Shown here: in pieces, positions 37,966-47,599 of the stretch | Layout of the letters: every line of letters begins with the position of its first letter | Position numbering within the stretch: the stretch's first letter is position 1 | Assembly: GCA_964576755.1 (NCBI GenBank) | Contig: CAZNUV010000001.1 | Span: forward strand, 106,883 to 159,530 | Reading direction: 5' to 3' | Length of the DNA: 52,648 nucleotides | Origin: Candidatus Woesearchaeota archaeon | GTDB taxonomy: Archaea > Nanobdellota > Nanobdellia > Pacearchaeales > GW2011-AR1 | Program-made: the position numbers and the translations under genes | Notes under the pieces: generated by a model | The model's input: only the letters and a program-made list of their open reading frames with translations | The model's database searches: none | What the model was told of the DNA's origin: nothing

Positions 37966-38180
37966 AAAAGAGCAAACAAAAACCTAAATCAAAAGAACAG
38001 AAAAAGTATGAAATGTTTTTTGCAGTTGGAGTGAGTTTTGTAGGAGTAAGTATTGTTTTTATTACTAATGTTAACAAGGCAATAGGCTTAGCTTTTCTTG
38101 CTCTTGGGATTAGCTATATGGCTATTGGAATAAAACACAAGAAAAAGCTGGAAAAACAAGAAGGAAAGAAGAAAAAATGA
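37962..38180 (+). CDS. Small two-TM membrane protein
   Basis: Hydrophobic core with Lys-rich ends; ATGA-coupled. Confidence 0.65.
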   Translation: MKKSKQKPKSKEQKKYEMFFAVGVSFVGVSIVFITNVNKAIGLAFLALGISYMAIGIKHKKKLEKQEGKKKK

Positions 38181-38272
38181 ATTGGAAAAAAATAAATGAA
38201 TTTATGAAAAAATATGGTTTTTGGATTGGCTTAGCATGTATCTTAATTTTAATTGCTGTTATTTTAAACTAA
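38177..38272 (+). CDS. 31-aa single-TM micro-protein
   Basis: Not in ORF track; MNWKKINEFMKKYGFWIGLACILILIAVILN; ATGA-coupled. Confidence 0.5.
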   Translation: MNWKKINEFMKKYGFWIGLACILILIAVILN

Positions 38273-38297
38273 TTATAAAAGAAAAAATAAAATTAAA

Positions 38298-38954
38298 TCA
38301 AGAATATTTATTTCTTACAATATGGTTGTCAAAAGCAATTATAAGATTTTTATAAAAAATAGCACTAAAATCAGTGAGATTGTGGCTAAATGGTAAATTC
38401 GGACAAGAAAAAAAGTTTTTATCATTATATTCCTCTTCAAGTTGAATCTCATATTCTTTCATTAACTCCTTACTAAAAACAACTTTTTTAGGAACAGAAA
38501 AAGTTCTCATTCTTTTTTTAATAGGCTCTACAGAATGGTCTTGGCCTTCCCCATAGGGGTTAATAAAATCTTCTCCAATATAGAGTGAATCTGCCCAAAA
38601 ACAACAAGTAGAAAGATCAAAGAAAATTTCATCTTCGCTTAATTCAGAAAGAATAATATGATTATTTTCTTGAATTTGTTTTTTATGTGTTTCAGACATC
38701 GATCTTACTTCTGATAACCTATCTTTTACAGATTCAAAATCTTTAGCTGTTTCTTCTAAAACTTTGTTAATTAAATTTCTGCTTTCTTTAAATGGAATTC
38801 CATTTTTAAAAATAGATGGGTGAAAGGGGGGTAACACTACTCTTTCTAATCTAAAAGATTCTTCTGGAGAATAGATGTTGCTTGAATACTGTTTAACTAC
38901 AAGGGGGAAATGTTCCCTTGTAAGCATGTATCTTTGCAATTCAGCTTTATTCAT
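38298..38954 (-). CDS. Hypothetical protein
   Basis: 218-aa ORF; no motif recognised. Confidence 0.65.
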   Translation of the reverse strand: MNKAELQRYMLTREHFPLVVKQYSSNIYSPEESFRLERVVLPPFHPSIFKNGIPFKESRNLINKVLEETAKDFESVKDRLSEVRSMSETHKKQIQENNHIILSELSEDEIFFDLSTCCFWADSLYIGEDFINPYGEGQDHSVEPIKKRMRTFSVPKKVVFSKELMKEYEIQLEEEYNDKNFFSCPNLPFSHNLTDFSAIFYKNLIIAFDNHIVRNKYS

Positions 38955-38995
38955 TTTTCAAATTTTATCAGAACTCTTTTTCCTGGTTTTCAGGC
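38955..38995 (-). repeat. 41-bp conserved 5' leader, copy 1
   Basis: 40/41 identical to 50787-50827; abuts the ATG of a minus-strand gene. Confidence 0.85.
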
Positions 38996-39039
38996 AAATC
39001 TAAAATTAATTTATACTTTTTAAAGTTATGTTTAAAGTT

Positions 39040-39195
39040 CTAAGCGTCTTCACAATCTTCTGCCCTAACTAAGTGAATATTTGCATAATCTTTTTTTCTC
39101 TGTGCAGAACACTTATCACAATATTTTCGTGGATAACGAGCTGTTTTTTTCTGCTCAAACTCTTTTCCACAATCTTTGCATGATTTCATAACCAT
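39040..39195 (-). CDS. Small zinc-ribbon protein, 51 aa
   Basis: Not in ORF track; MVMKSCKDCGKEF...KYCDKCS. Confidence 0.7.
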   Translation of the reverse strand: MVMKSCKDCGKEFEQKKTARYPRKYCDKCSAQRKKDYANIHLVRAEDCEDA

Positions 39196-39267
39196 GAAGA
39201 AAAGAAGAATAGATGATTTTTAAAGTTAATCAAATAGTTTTTTATACATCTTTTACTCTTTTAGTAT

Positions 39268-39666
39268 ATGAAAATGAAAAGACTAAGAGTTCTTTGTGTC
39301 TGCAGAATGGGGCAGAATAGAAGTAAATATCTGGCTAAGTATCTTAAGGGGAAAGGATATAACACAAGATATGGGGGGGTAGGTCATGGAAGAATTGATA
39401 AAATAGCCCATACCCCTATAAATCAAAAAGATGTTGATTGGGCAGATATAATCATAGTTGTAAGAAAACAGCTAAACGAATATTTAAAAAAAGAGTATAA
39501 AGTTTTGAAAAAGAAAATTATTGTAATTGATGTTACTGATTCTCGTAGGATTATTGGAGAGAAGTTTCCAGAACTAGCAGGGCTATCTAGAGAAGAGTTG
39601 AATAAAAAATGGGTTTATCCTCAATTGAGAAAAGCAATTAAACCTTATTTGCCTTTAAAATTTTAA
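39268..39666 (+). CDS. Low-molecular-weight phosphotyrosine phosphatase-like protein
   Basis: VLCVCRMGQNRS (Cx5R P-loop), WADIII. Confidence 0.8.
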   Translation: MKMKRLRVLCVCRMGQNRSKYLAKYLKGKGYNTRYGGVGHGRIDKIAHTPINQKDVDWADIIIVVRKQLNEYLKKEYKVLKKKIIVIDVTDSRRIIGEKFPELAGLSREELNKKWVYPQLRKAIKPYLPLKF

Positions 39667-39667
39667 G

Positions 39668-40228
39668 ATGAAAATACAAATAATAAAAGGAAAAGACATT
39701 TCCCAGAAACAGATAGATTTTATTAATAAAAGCAGAATAAAACAGTATGGAAAAGATGTAAATCTATTTTCTAAAAAACAGCAAAAAGGTGCTGTTTTCT
39801 TTTTTGTTGAAGAGGATAATAAGATTGGTTCTTTAGGATTGTTAATGGACATTAAAATGAATTATCTTGGGAAAAATTACTCAATAAGGGGAATTGGGGG
39901 AATTCTTTCTATTGAAAAAGGAAAAGGTTATGGAAAAATTCTAATAAATGCAATGGTGGATTATCTTAAAAATACAGGGAAGACCGGATTAGGATTTTGT
40001 AGCGAGGAAAATTCTAAATTTTATGAAAAGGCTGGATTAAAAACTTCTAAAAATCTAAATTTAAGATTTGAAATGAAAAATCCAAAAACAGGAGAAACAA
40101 CAAAAGACCCTGATGGTGGTTGCACAGGAATTTATTATAATGGTAAGGATAATCTTATTTCTAAAGTATTAAAAACTAAATCTATAGGTTATTATTGGTT
40201 TCCTGGATTAAATGAACCCCACTGGTAA
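39668..40228 (+). CDS. GNAT N-acetyltransferase
   Basis: KGKGYGK motif A; FYEKAG. Confidence 0.85.
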   Translation: MKIQIIKGKDISQKQIDFINKSRIKQYGKDVNLFSKKQQKGAVFFFVEEDNKIGSLGLLMDIKMNYLGKNYSIRGIGGILSIEKGKGYGKILINAMVDYLKNTGKTGLGFCSEENSKFYEKAGLKTSKNLNLRFEMKNPKTGETTKDPDGGCTGIYYNGKDNLISKVLKTKSIGYYWFPGLNEPHW

Positions 40229-40229
40229 G

Positions 40230-40691
40230 ATGAAAATAAGAAAAGCAAAAAAAGAGGATCTTTCTGAGATTTCTAAACTAATCCTAAATACCCTTAATAA
40301 AATAAACGCCAAAGAGTATGAAAAAAAGCAATTTGAAATTGAGAGAAAAAATCACTATGTTAAGGAATTAAAAAAAGAACTTGAAGAAAAAATATTTTTT
40401 GTTTTAATTGATAAAGAGAAAATAATTGGGGTAATACAATTGGACTTAAAAGAAAAGTCAATTGATAGGCTCTTCTTAAATCCTAAATATATTGGGAGAG
40501 GGCTCGGGAAGAAATTAATGATTTATGCAGAAAATTATGCAAAGAAAAAGGGCATAAAAAAAATAATCCTCTACCCAACAGACTTTGCACTTGAATTTTA
40601 TAAAAAAGCAGGATATAAGATTACCAGGGAGTTCATGGGCACAAGAAATGGAGGATATCCTGTTACTGAAATGGAGAAAATTTTAAGATGA
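40230..40691 (+). CDS. GNAT N-acetyltransferase
   Basis: MKIRKA start at 40230; LFLNPKYIGRGLGK; ALEFYKKAGY. Confidence 0.88.
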   Translation: MKIRKAKKEDLSEISKLILNTLNKINAKEYEKKQFEIERKNHYVKELKKELEEKIFFVLIDKEKIIGVIQLDLKEKSIDRLFLNPKYIGRGLGKKLMIYAENYAKKKGIKKIILYPTDFALEFYKKAGYKITREFMGTRNGGYPVTEMEKILR

Positions 40692-41635
40692 AACTCACAT
40701 CAATTGAAGCTAAAAAAATATCCGAAGATTATAATCTGGGGGCGGTTAAATCTCTTAAAATAATCCCGGGAGGATGTGTGAATTATAACTTCTTATTAAA
40801 AACAGAAACAGGGTTTTATATCTTAAGGGGATTAGGAAGAAAAGATAAAAAAACAGAGAAAAGACTAGGGATAGAATTCAAGCTTATTAATCACTTACAA
40901 AAGAAAAACTATCCCTATGGAATTCCTATTCCTATTAAAAATTCTAAAGGAAAATATATCTCCTCGATAAATGGGGAGAGAGTTTGGATTTATAAAAAAC
41001 TTCCAGGAGTACACTCTAATAGATTTACAAATATTCAATTAAAACAAGTAGCAAAAGCTGTAGCAACCTACCACCGATATGTGAAAGACTTCCCAATCAA
41101 AGGGAAATTAATGGGCAAAACATATTCTCAATTAAAAAAAAGATATTCTCAAATGTCTAAAATTAAACCAAAGAACAAAGTAGATAAGATGATGTTAGAA
41201 GCCTTACCTATGTTTCAGGAAATTCTAAAGAAATATTATAAAATAAATTTTAGTAAGAACTCTTTATGGAATCATAGGGATATTCATAGACATAATGTCT
41301 TGTTTAAAAAAGGAGAAATATCTGGAATAATCGATTTTGAATGTATAGACTATGGCCCTAGAATAAATGATTTAGCACATATCACAAAAACATCATTATT
41401 TGAAAATGGACAAAATCTTAGTAAAGAAAGGTTTAACTTATTCCTAAGAGAATATGAAAAAATAAATCCCTTGACAAAACAAGAAAGAAAGTTAATCCTT
41501 CCTTGGTTAATTAAACATAATTGCAATATGTTTGAATACTTTTACACACATTGTTTTGATGGCAAGGTTCCTGATGTTGGATGCCTTAAATGGACAATTG
41601 ACACAACTAAGGGTGCCTTGAAGGAGTTAATATAA
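40688..41635 (+). CDS. APH/homoserine kinase type II-family phosphotransferase
   Basis: G.VNYNF, HRDIHRHNV (Brenner motif), IIDFE. Confidence 0.85.
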   Translation: MKLTSIEAKKISEDYNLGAVKSLKIIPGGCVNYNFLLKTETGFYILRGLGRKDKKTEKRLGIEFKLINHLQKKNYPYGIPIPIKNSKGKYISSINGERVWIYKKLPGVHSNRFTNIQLKQVAKAVATYHRYVKDFPIKGKLMGKTYSQLKKRYSQMSKIKPKNKVDKMMLEALPMFQEILKKYYKINFSKNSLWNHRDIHRHNVLFKKGEISGIIDFECIDYGPRINDLAHITKTSLFENGQNLSKERFNLFLREYEKINPLTKQERKLILPWLIKHNCNMFEYFYTHCFDGKVPDVGCLKWTIDTTKGALKELI

Positions 41636-41636
41636 A

Positions 41637-42413
41637 ATGAAGAAAAAACTAACCATCATATTTGGGGGATCTATTGATCTTTATTTAAAACAAATGAAGA
41701 CCTTTGGAGTAATAGAAAAATTAAACAATTGGAAATTTAAAAGAATTGCTCCTGAAAAACTTGTTGGGATAATTGAGGGTGTGAAGGTTGAAATAAGGTT
41801 TTGTTGGAATCCAGTTAGAGATAAAAATTATGAAAAGTTTAAAAAATGGATACAAAAAGAGTTAAAAGATATTGTGGCGCCTCCGGCAAGCGAACTAGTT
41901 AAGACTATAAAAAAAACCGATGCAGTGCTATTTTTAGGATTATGTGGGGCATTTAAAGGAAAGAGAAATGATGTTTATCTGCCTAATGAATTTAAAGAGA
42001 TTTTATTTACAGATTCTTTAATAAAAAAAGAACATGTCCTAAAAATCCGGCCTAAAAACTTAATAAAAACAATAAACATCTTAATCGGAAAGGTGTCTGG
42101 GAAAGTTTCAAGAGCATTAACCTCTAATCTAACTCTTATTGATGCAAATGCTGAAAATAAGAGCAAAGAAATCATCTCTCGGCTTGGTAAGAACCTAAGA
42201 AAATATGGGGATTTTGTGGAAAAGGAATCTTATCAAATTGCCAAAAAATTCAAGGGCAAATTACCTTTAGGGTTTATGGTAATTACTTCAGATGTAGTTT
42301 CTGTTAAAAAACATCAAATGAATCTAAAAAAGTTTTGTCCAGAAAAAGATGTTAAAATAATAGGGTGGCATTTTGGAGAAGCTATTAAAGCAATGATTAA
42401 TGAATTAAAATGA
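41637..42413 (+). CDS. Divergent nucleoside phosphorylase/MTAN-fold protein
   Basis: FLGLCGA, VEKES, ITSD pattern resembles G.AG / VEME / SD of PNP_UDP_1. Confidence 0.5.
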   Translation: MKKKLTIIFGGSIDLYLKQMKTFGVIEKLNNWKFKRIAPEKLVGIIEGVKVEIRFCWNPVRDKNYEKFKKWIQKELKDIVAPPASELVKTIKKTDAVLFLGLCGAFKGKRNDVYLPNEFKEILFTDSLIKKEHVLKIRPKNLIKTINILIGKVSGKVSRALTSNLTLIDANAENKSKEIISRLGKNLRKYGDFVEKESYQIAKKFKGKLPLGFMVITSDVVSVKKHQMNLKKFCPEKDVKIIGWHFGEAIKAMINELK

Positions 42414-42697
42414 AAAAGAAACCAGAAGAACCAAATTTTGATAATCTAATGAAAGAAATCTCTGCTTTTGAGAAAAAAGCAGGATTTGAAAAAACCTCAA
42501 AAAAACAGCTCGTAACATGGATAAAAGAAGAGGTTAAAAATTATGAAAATGCTAAGACTGATTTAATAAAAAGAAATAAACTTCTAGATATTATAGCATT
42601 AGTTATGCAAATTGCAATAAGAGAAGATTATTCTCTAGACTCTGCCTGGAAAAGATGGTGGAAAAAGAGTGAGAAGTATTTGAATAGAAAAAGTTAG
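42410..42697 (+). CDS. MazG-like all-alpha NTP pyrophosphatase-like protein (divergent)
   Basis: W..EEV ... LLDII...Q.A pattern; one conserved acidic residue appears replaced. Confidence 0.4.
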   Translation: MKKKPEEPNFDNLMKEISAFEKKAGFEKTSKKQLVTWIKEEVKNYENAKTDLIKRNKLLDIIALVMQIAIREDYSLDSAWKRWWKKSEKYLNRKS

Positions 42698-42727
42698 TTT
42701 TTTATATCTCATAAAGGTAATAGTTCT

Positions 42728-43669
42728 ATGAAAGTAAACTTATCAAAAAAAGATTTTAATGAAATCTTGGAAAATTATAATATTGGGAAGTATAAATCTC
42801 ATAGATACATCTTTACAGGGGGGAATACTGTCTATAAATTAACCACAACAAAGGCAAATTTTATCTTAAAGATTTATGCACAAAAAACACCCTTAGAATA
42901 TGTTAAACATCAAATAAAATTAATGGAATTTCTGAATAAAACTAAAGTTTCTACTCCTAAGATAATTAATACAAAAAATGACAAAGGTTTGTTAATTTGG
43001 AACAATAATAAAATAGCAATTCAGGAGTTTGCAAATGGGCAAGGTATTGAATATGTTAATGAGAAACTTGCTAAAGATATGGGTAAACAATATGGGATAT
43101 TAGATAAAACTCTTTCTAAATTTAAAGAAAAAAAGTGTAGTCACAGAGAAAGAGATATGTTTAAATTAATAGAATGGAATATTAACTCATTTATAGGCTT
43201 GGATTTAAAAGAAGAATCTAAAAAGCTCTTTATTGAATCTAAAAAAATTAATAAGAATAAATTAAGAAAAGGTCTTATTCATGGAGATTTGTGTGAAGGG
43301 AATTTTTTAGCTAAAGAGGATAAGGTCTCTGCGATTATTGATTGGGATGATGTTCATGAAGATTATCTTGTGGTTGAACTTGCAGTTCCTATTGCTCATA
43401 ATATGGTTACCAAGGTTAAGGTAATGAAAAAACAAATAAGAATATTTTTAAGAGAGTATCAAAAATATATCAAGTTAAACAGTGAAGAAAAAAAGGCTAT
43501 TTATTATGCAGTAAAAAGAAGAGAGCTTTCAGCAGGATCTTGGTGTTATAATCAAATTAAAAAACATCCATCTAAAAGAAAAGAATTATTAAGATGGACT
43601 AGTGTTTGTCTTAAGAGGTATAAATCTTTCTGTAAGATTTCTTTAGAAGAGTTTTTGGAGTTGTTTTAG
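42728..43669 (+). CDS. APH/homoserine kinase type II-family phosphotransferase (paralog)
   Basis: IHGDLCEGNF, IIDWDD. Confidence 0.85.
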   Translation: MKVNLSKKDFNEILENYNIGKYKSHRYIFTGGNTVYKLTTTKANFILKIYAQKTPLEYVKHQIKLMEFLNKTKVSTPKIINTKNDKGLLIWNNNKIAIQEFANGQGIEYVNEKLAKDMGKQYGILDKTLSKFKEKKCSHRERDMFKLIEWNINSFIGLDLKEESKKLFIESKKINKNKLRKGLIHGDLCEGNFLAKEDKVSAIIDWDDVHEDYLVVELAVPIAHNMVTKVKVMKKQIRIFLREYQKYIKLNSEEKKAIYYAVKRRELSAGSWCYNQIKKHPSKRKELLRWTSVCLKRYKSFCKISLEEFLELF

Positions 43670-43709
43670 GGTTCGAAAAAGTTAAAAACATCTTTTCAAT
43701 ACTAATAAT

Positions 43710-43907
43710 ATGAAAAACAAACAAAAGAAAGAGAAGAAGAAAGAAACAATAACAATTAAGAAGAAAACCCTCTGGGCAATTGCCCCTGCAATTCCAATCA
43801 TAGCTATTCTGCTGTCTAAGCGTCAGCCAGGCCCTTTGCTCTTGTTCTTGATAGGGATTGTGATTGGGATTTTTATTGGTCGGGAGTTTTTTTGTTCTAG
43901 GGGTTAG
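43710..43907 (+). CDS. Small membrane protein
   Basis: Two hydrophobic segments; own TATA-like promoter. Confidence 0.55.
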   Translation: MKNKQKKEKKKETITIKKKTLWAIAPAIPIIAILLSKRQPGPLLLFLIGIVIGIFIGREFFCSRG

Positions 43908-43912
43908 GGTTT

Positions 43913-43935
43913 AGAAAAAGTTAAATATGTGTTTT
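43913..43935 (+). repeat. 23-bp promoter repeat AGAAAAAGTTAAATATGTGTTTT, copy 1
   Basis: Exact copy at 44724-44746; BRE/TATA-like. Confidence 0.75.
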
Positions 43936-43948
43936 AGGTGGTAGTTGT

Positions 43949-44428
43949 ATGGGTAACAATCAAAACTCTATTCTAGATTCTATTGATGAAAAAGATACAG
44001 GAAAAAAGGGATTGTGGAGTTCTCTAAAGGAGAGTTTGAGCAGTACAAAATGTTACTATTGTGGAAAATCAATCAAAGGCGGAGACTTAAACAACCTTCC
44101 AAGGAGTTATGAAGGCAAGGAATTTCATCATAATTGTTATATAGCTTGGTGCAAGAAAAATCCATTTCCAAATAAGATGGAGATTAATATCTTATTGACA
44201 ATAATTGATAAAAATGGAAAGAAGTTAAAACCGTTCAAAATCAAAATAACCAAAATCAAGTCGGAATATATTCCTAATGTCATTCCAAGGGACAAGAAGA
44301 CCTTTGATAAGTACAAGAAAAAATTGATGCCCTTTTTTCATACTGCCCTTCTTACTCTTCAGCCTCCTGAATCGCAATTTCCTAAGAAGATATCATTCAA
44401 ATACACTCTCGACCTACGAAAAGGATAA
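43949..44428 (+). CDS. Hypothetical protein with CxxC...HxxC zinc finger
   Basis: CYYC...FHHNCY. Confidence 0.65.
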   Translation: MGNNQNSILDSIDEKDTGKKGLWSSLKESLSSTKCYYCGKSIKGGDLNNLPRSYEGKEFHHNCYIAWCKKNPFPNKMEINILLTIIDKNGKKLKPFKIKITKIKSEYIPNVIPRDKKTFDKYKKKLMPFFHTALLTLQPPESQFPKKISFKYTLDLRKG

Positions 44429-44517
44429 TCCGCGCTCTTAAAAGATATGAAAACATTAAAATTTTATCCCTTAAATTATTTAGAAAAGTCTAAATATGTT
44501 GGGTTGGTGATAGTTTT

Positions 44518-44721
44518 ATGGAAGAAGTAAATACTGGGGGTGTTAAAAAGTTTGTATATGGTAAAAATTATAATCCTAAAAATACTCCTGAACAAAATGA
44601 AACCATAGATAAAGCTTGGGAAAAACATAGAAAAATGAAAAAGAGAAATAAAATAATTAAAATTATTGGTTTTGTGATTCTTATCCTTGTTGTAATTGGA
44701 GCATATTTTCTGTTTAGGTAA
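44518..44721 (+). CDS. Small C-terminally anchored protein
   Basis: Single C-terminal TM. Confidence 0.6.
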   Translation: MEEVNTGGVKKFVYGKNYNPKNTPEQNETIDKAWEKHRKMKKRNKIIKIIGFVILILVVIGAYFLFR

Positions 44722-44723
44722 AA

Positions 44724-44746
44724 AGAAAAAGTTAAATATGTGTTTT
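44724..44746 (+). repeat. 23-bp promoter repeat, copy 2
   Basis: Identical to 43913-43935. Confidence 0.75.
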
Positions 44747-44773
44747 TAGTGTTAATTCTAGAAGGTTAATCCT

Positions 44774-46078
44774 ATGGTTAACAAAGTAGAACAAGAAATA
44801 CTCAAGGATAAAAAAAGAAAATTCTTAACTGAAGTATCTAGATCTGCAAAATATCTTGGATTTCCAACTCCAGAAGTTAAATTTTGGAAATCTCGTGATA
44901 CTACTCATTTTAAAGATAATGAAAGAGCACATATACATATAGAGTCTAGTAGAATTTGTATTGCAGAATCAGAATTAGATAAAATGACTTATGATGAGAT
45001 TGAAGAAACTGCTTCCCATGAAGTAGCGCATCTTAAAAACGCTAGCCATGATAGAGATTTTTATAATACTCAAATTGATACTCAAGCTAGCTTATGGAGA
45101 CCTCCTTCAGGAACAATGCATATTGTATATAAAAATTCAAAATCTAGTAAAAAAAGTAAGGTCAAGAAAGTAAAAATAAATAAAAAATCTTGTAATGGAG
45201 ATTTTTGTAAAAAGAGGTCTGAACTAAAAAAATGTAAGTATTGTGGGGGTTATTTTTGTGAAGAACATTTAGAACCTAGACAAGTAGGAATGCCGAGATT
45301 TAAAGGAACTCAGGCAGAAGATATAGAGTTTATGGAAGAGTATCATAAAGAAGGGGGACATCCTTGTTTACCATATTCTATAAAATATTTGCCTGAAATG
45401 AGGAAAAAGAAAAAGGAGGAATATTACAAGATATTAGATATATTATGTAAGGGCCCAATAAAATCTTCTAAAAAATCAGCAGAATGGGATCCTGAAGAAA
45501 CAATAATCCCCACACATGAGAAAGAAACAAAAAGAAAGAAATACCAACCCAAGAAAAATTTTCTGCAAAGAATATCTGCCCACTGGTTTCTAATCTTAAT
45601 TTTAATCATTCTTATTGGGTCAATTACAACATTTAAGTTAGGATATTTTGATGATTATCTTGCTGGAAATCCTCAAGTTGGAGGAATATTTAATAATAAA
45701 TTTGAATCAAGAGAAATTTCTAATCACGGATTAAATACTATCAATATATTAAGATCTAGTAAAGGAATCCATAGCTTATCCTCTAGACAAGACTCCTATA
45801 ATCTTGCAGTAGGTCTATCTAAAGAATTTTATGTTAATGAAAAAATTTATATGAACAATGAAGACCTTTCAGAATTTTCAAATAATTATAATCTTCGCAG
45901 TGCAAAATATCTCTCCAAAAGATTAAATGGATTAACAGAAGAAGAAATTGATGGGGCCATAGAGCTATGGTTTCTTAGCCCATTTGTTGCCGAAGTTCTC
46001 CTAGATGAAAGTTATTTTGTGGGTGCAATGGGGTGTTACCAAGATGTTTGTACATTTGTTTTGACTAGAGAAAGATAG
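44774..46078 (+). CDS. Multidomain protein: HExxH minimal zincin, AN1-like zinc finger, TM helix, extracellular CAP-like domain
   Basis: SHEVAH...H...F; CKYCGGYFCEEH; TM near residue 270; IN..R...G...L / W..SP / GAMG C-terminus. Confidence 0.6.
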   Translation: MVNKVEQEILKDKKRKFLTEVSRSAKYLGFPTPEVKFWKSRDTTHFKDNERAHIHIESSRICIAESELDKMTYDEIEETASHEVAHLKNASHDRDFYNTQIDTQASLWRPPSGTMHIVYKNSKSSKKSKVKKVKINKKSCNGDFCKKRSELKKCKYCGGYFCEEHLEPRQVGMPRFKGTQAEDIEFMEEYHKEGGHPCLPYSIKYLPEMRKKKKEEYYKILDILCKGPIKSSKKSAEWDPEETIIPTHEKETKRKKYQPKKNFLQRISAHWFLILILIILIGSITTFKLGYFDDYLAGNPQVGGIFNNKFESREISNHGLNTINILRSSKGIHSLSSRQDSYNLAVGLSKEFYVNEKIYMNNEDLSEFSNNYNLRSAKYLSKRLNGLTEEEIDGAIELWFLSPFVAEVLLDESYFVGAMGCYQDVCTFVLTRER

Positions 46079-46119
46079 AAACAAGTAAAGTATAAAAAGA
46101 AGTAAGTATTAGATAAAAT

Positions 46120-46428
46120 ATGGGAATAAGAAGCGCAAGACATAAGGGAAAGATGCGTATTAAAGGAAGGCCGACAGAAGTTGCTAAAGCAGAAATTATG
46201 GTTATGAAGCAACAAGAAAGATATGAAAGCAGAAAACGAAGAAGAAGGCTATTTACTGTTCTTGATATTGTTATTGTAGTTGCTTTTGTGTTAGCAATAT
46301 ACTCTATCTGGATTGGAGAGTATGCTAAGATGGTCTTATTCTTAATAGTTGGAGCAATTCCATTAATCTATTTTATTGTTAGAAGGGTTTTTAGGAATAA
46401 GTCTCGGAAGAAAAAGAAGAAAAGATAA
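46120..46428 (+). CDS. Basic two-TM membrane protein
   Basis: Hydrophobic pair with Arg/Lys-rich flanks. Confidence 0.65.
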   Translation: MGIRSARHKGKMRIKGRPTEVAKAEIMVMKQQERYESRKRRRRLFTVLDIVIVVAFVLAIYSIWIGEYAKMVLFLIVGAIPLIYFIVRRVFRNKSRKKKKKR

Positions 46429-46458
46429 TTTTTTATATGTGTTTAGGGTGTTAATTCT

Positions 46459-46701
46459 ATGTGGAAAAAGTTAATTCTAACAAAAAAAGAAGGAAAAATA
46501 TATTCCGAAAAGATAAATGCACTTAACTACAGTTTAATGGGGGGCTTAATTTCTGGGATAATTATCTTTAGTTATCAAATCTTCGTATCTCAAAATAAAA
46601 TACTTTGGGGATTAATCACCGCCGTTTGTGCAGGGATATATCTTTATTGGCATACTGCAAGAAGCATTAAAGAAGGCATTATTAGGGGGCGGAAAAAATG
46701 A
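46459..46701 (+). CDS. Small membrane protein
   Basis: Two TM segments. Confidence 0.6.
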   Translation: MWKKLILTKKEGKIYSEKINALNYSLMGGLISGIIIFSYQIFVSQNKILWGLITAVCAGIYLYWHTARSIKEGIIRGRKK

Positions 46702-47138
46702 AAAAGGAAATTTGGAAAAATATTAAAAGATGGTGGACAGAAACTGATGAAGAAAAAGAAGAAAGAAAAGAAAACCAAGATTACGATAAATTTATAAAAA
46801 AAGTTGAAAAAAGAATGGACAAAATTTCATTAGCCAAAAAAGCAAATACTCGTGAAGGGATGGCCCAAATAGCTTTAATGTTTGAAAATGCTTACACCCA
46901 AAAAAAGATAACTGAATCAAATAAAACAATAGGGAGGGCCACAATTGTTTTAGCAATTGCAACAACTGCATTAGTTATAGCCACAGCATACGGTGCTACA
47001 GGATTAGAAAATGCCTTCAGTGAATTTTTGGAGGGGTTAATTGGGGTTATAGTAATAATTGCAATATTATGGATAATTGGGGCTCTTACATGGATGATTA
47101 AATTATTTTACAGGATTTTTAGGGGGGGAAATCAATGA
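46698..47138 (+). CDS. Membrane protein
   Basis: Charged N-half, two C-terminal TMs; ATGA-coupled. Confidence 0.65.
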   Translation: MKKEIWKNIKRWWTETDEEKEERKENQDYDKFIKKVEKRMDKISLAKKANTREGMAQIALMFENAYTQKKITESNKTIGRATIVLAIATTALVIATAYGATGLENAFSEFLEGLIGVIVIIAILWIIGALTWMIKLFYRIFRGGNQ

Positions 47139-47599
47139 CTTTTTTAATGGTTTATAATTTTTGTGTAAATATATTGGGAAAAATAGTTCCTGGATGGTTT
47201 ATTGAAAGTATTGGATTAATTGGGTTAGTTCTCCTTACTCTTGGGGCCATTCATCTGGTCAAACCATTAATTAAATCAAATAAAGAGATTAATGCTATTT
47301 CAAACTATAAAAATAGTGGAGCAATTTTAAGTAGAGGGCATAAGACTGAAGTAAATATTCAACTAAAAAATAATTTAAAAAAAGATAGGGATGCAGGTTT
47401 TAATGGGGCCATGTTTATTTTTGTAGGATTCACATTACAACTTTTAGAAAAATTAATTAATCTTTTTTATCCTAATTCTTCAATGCCTAATGGAATAAAT
47501 TGGTTCTTTCTTATCATTCTTTTAGTCGCTCTTTTTATAATGGATTATAAAATAATAAAACGAATGTTAAAAAAGAAAAAAGAATATGAACAAAACTAA
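47135..47599 (+). CDS. Membrane protein
   Basis: Three TMs, GFTLQL motif; ATGA-coupled. Confidence 0.65.
   Translation: MTFLMVYNFCVNILGKIVPGWFIESIGLIGLVLLTLGAIHLVKPLIKSNKEINAISNYKNSGAILSRGHKTEVNIQLKNNLKKDRDAGFNGAMFIFVGFTLQLLEKLINLFYPNSSMPNGINWFFLIILLVALFIMDYKIIKRMLKKKKEYEQN

Noticed and set aside
40688-43669. thrB gene symbol for the two kinases
   Set aside because: Family-level motifs only; two divergent paralogs and no threonine pathway context
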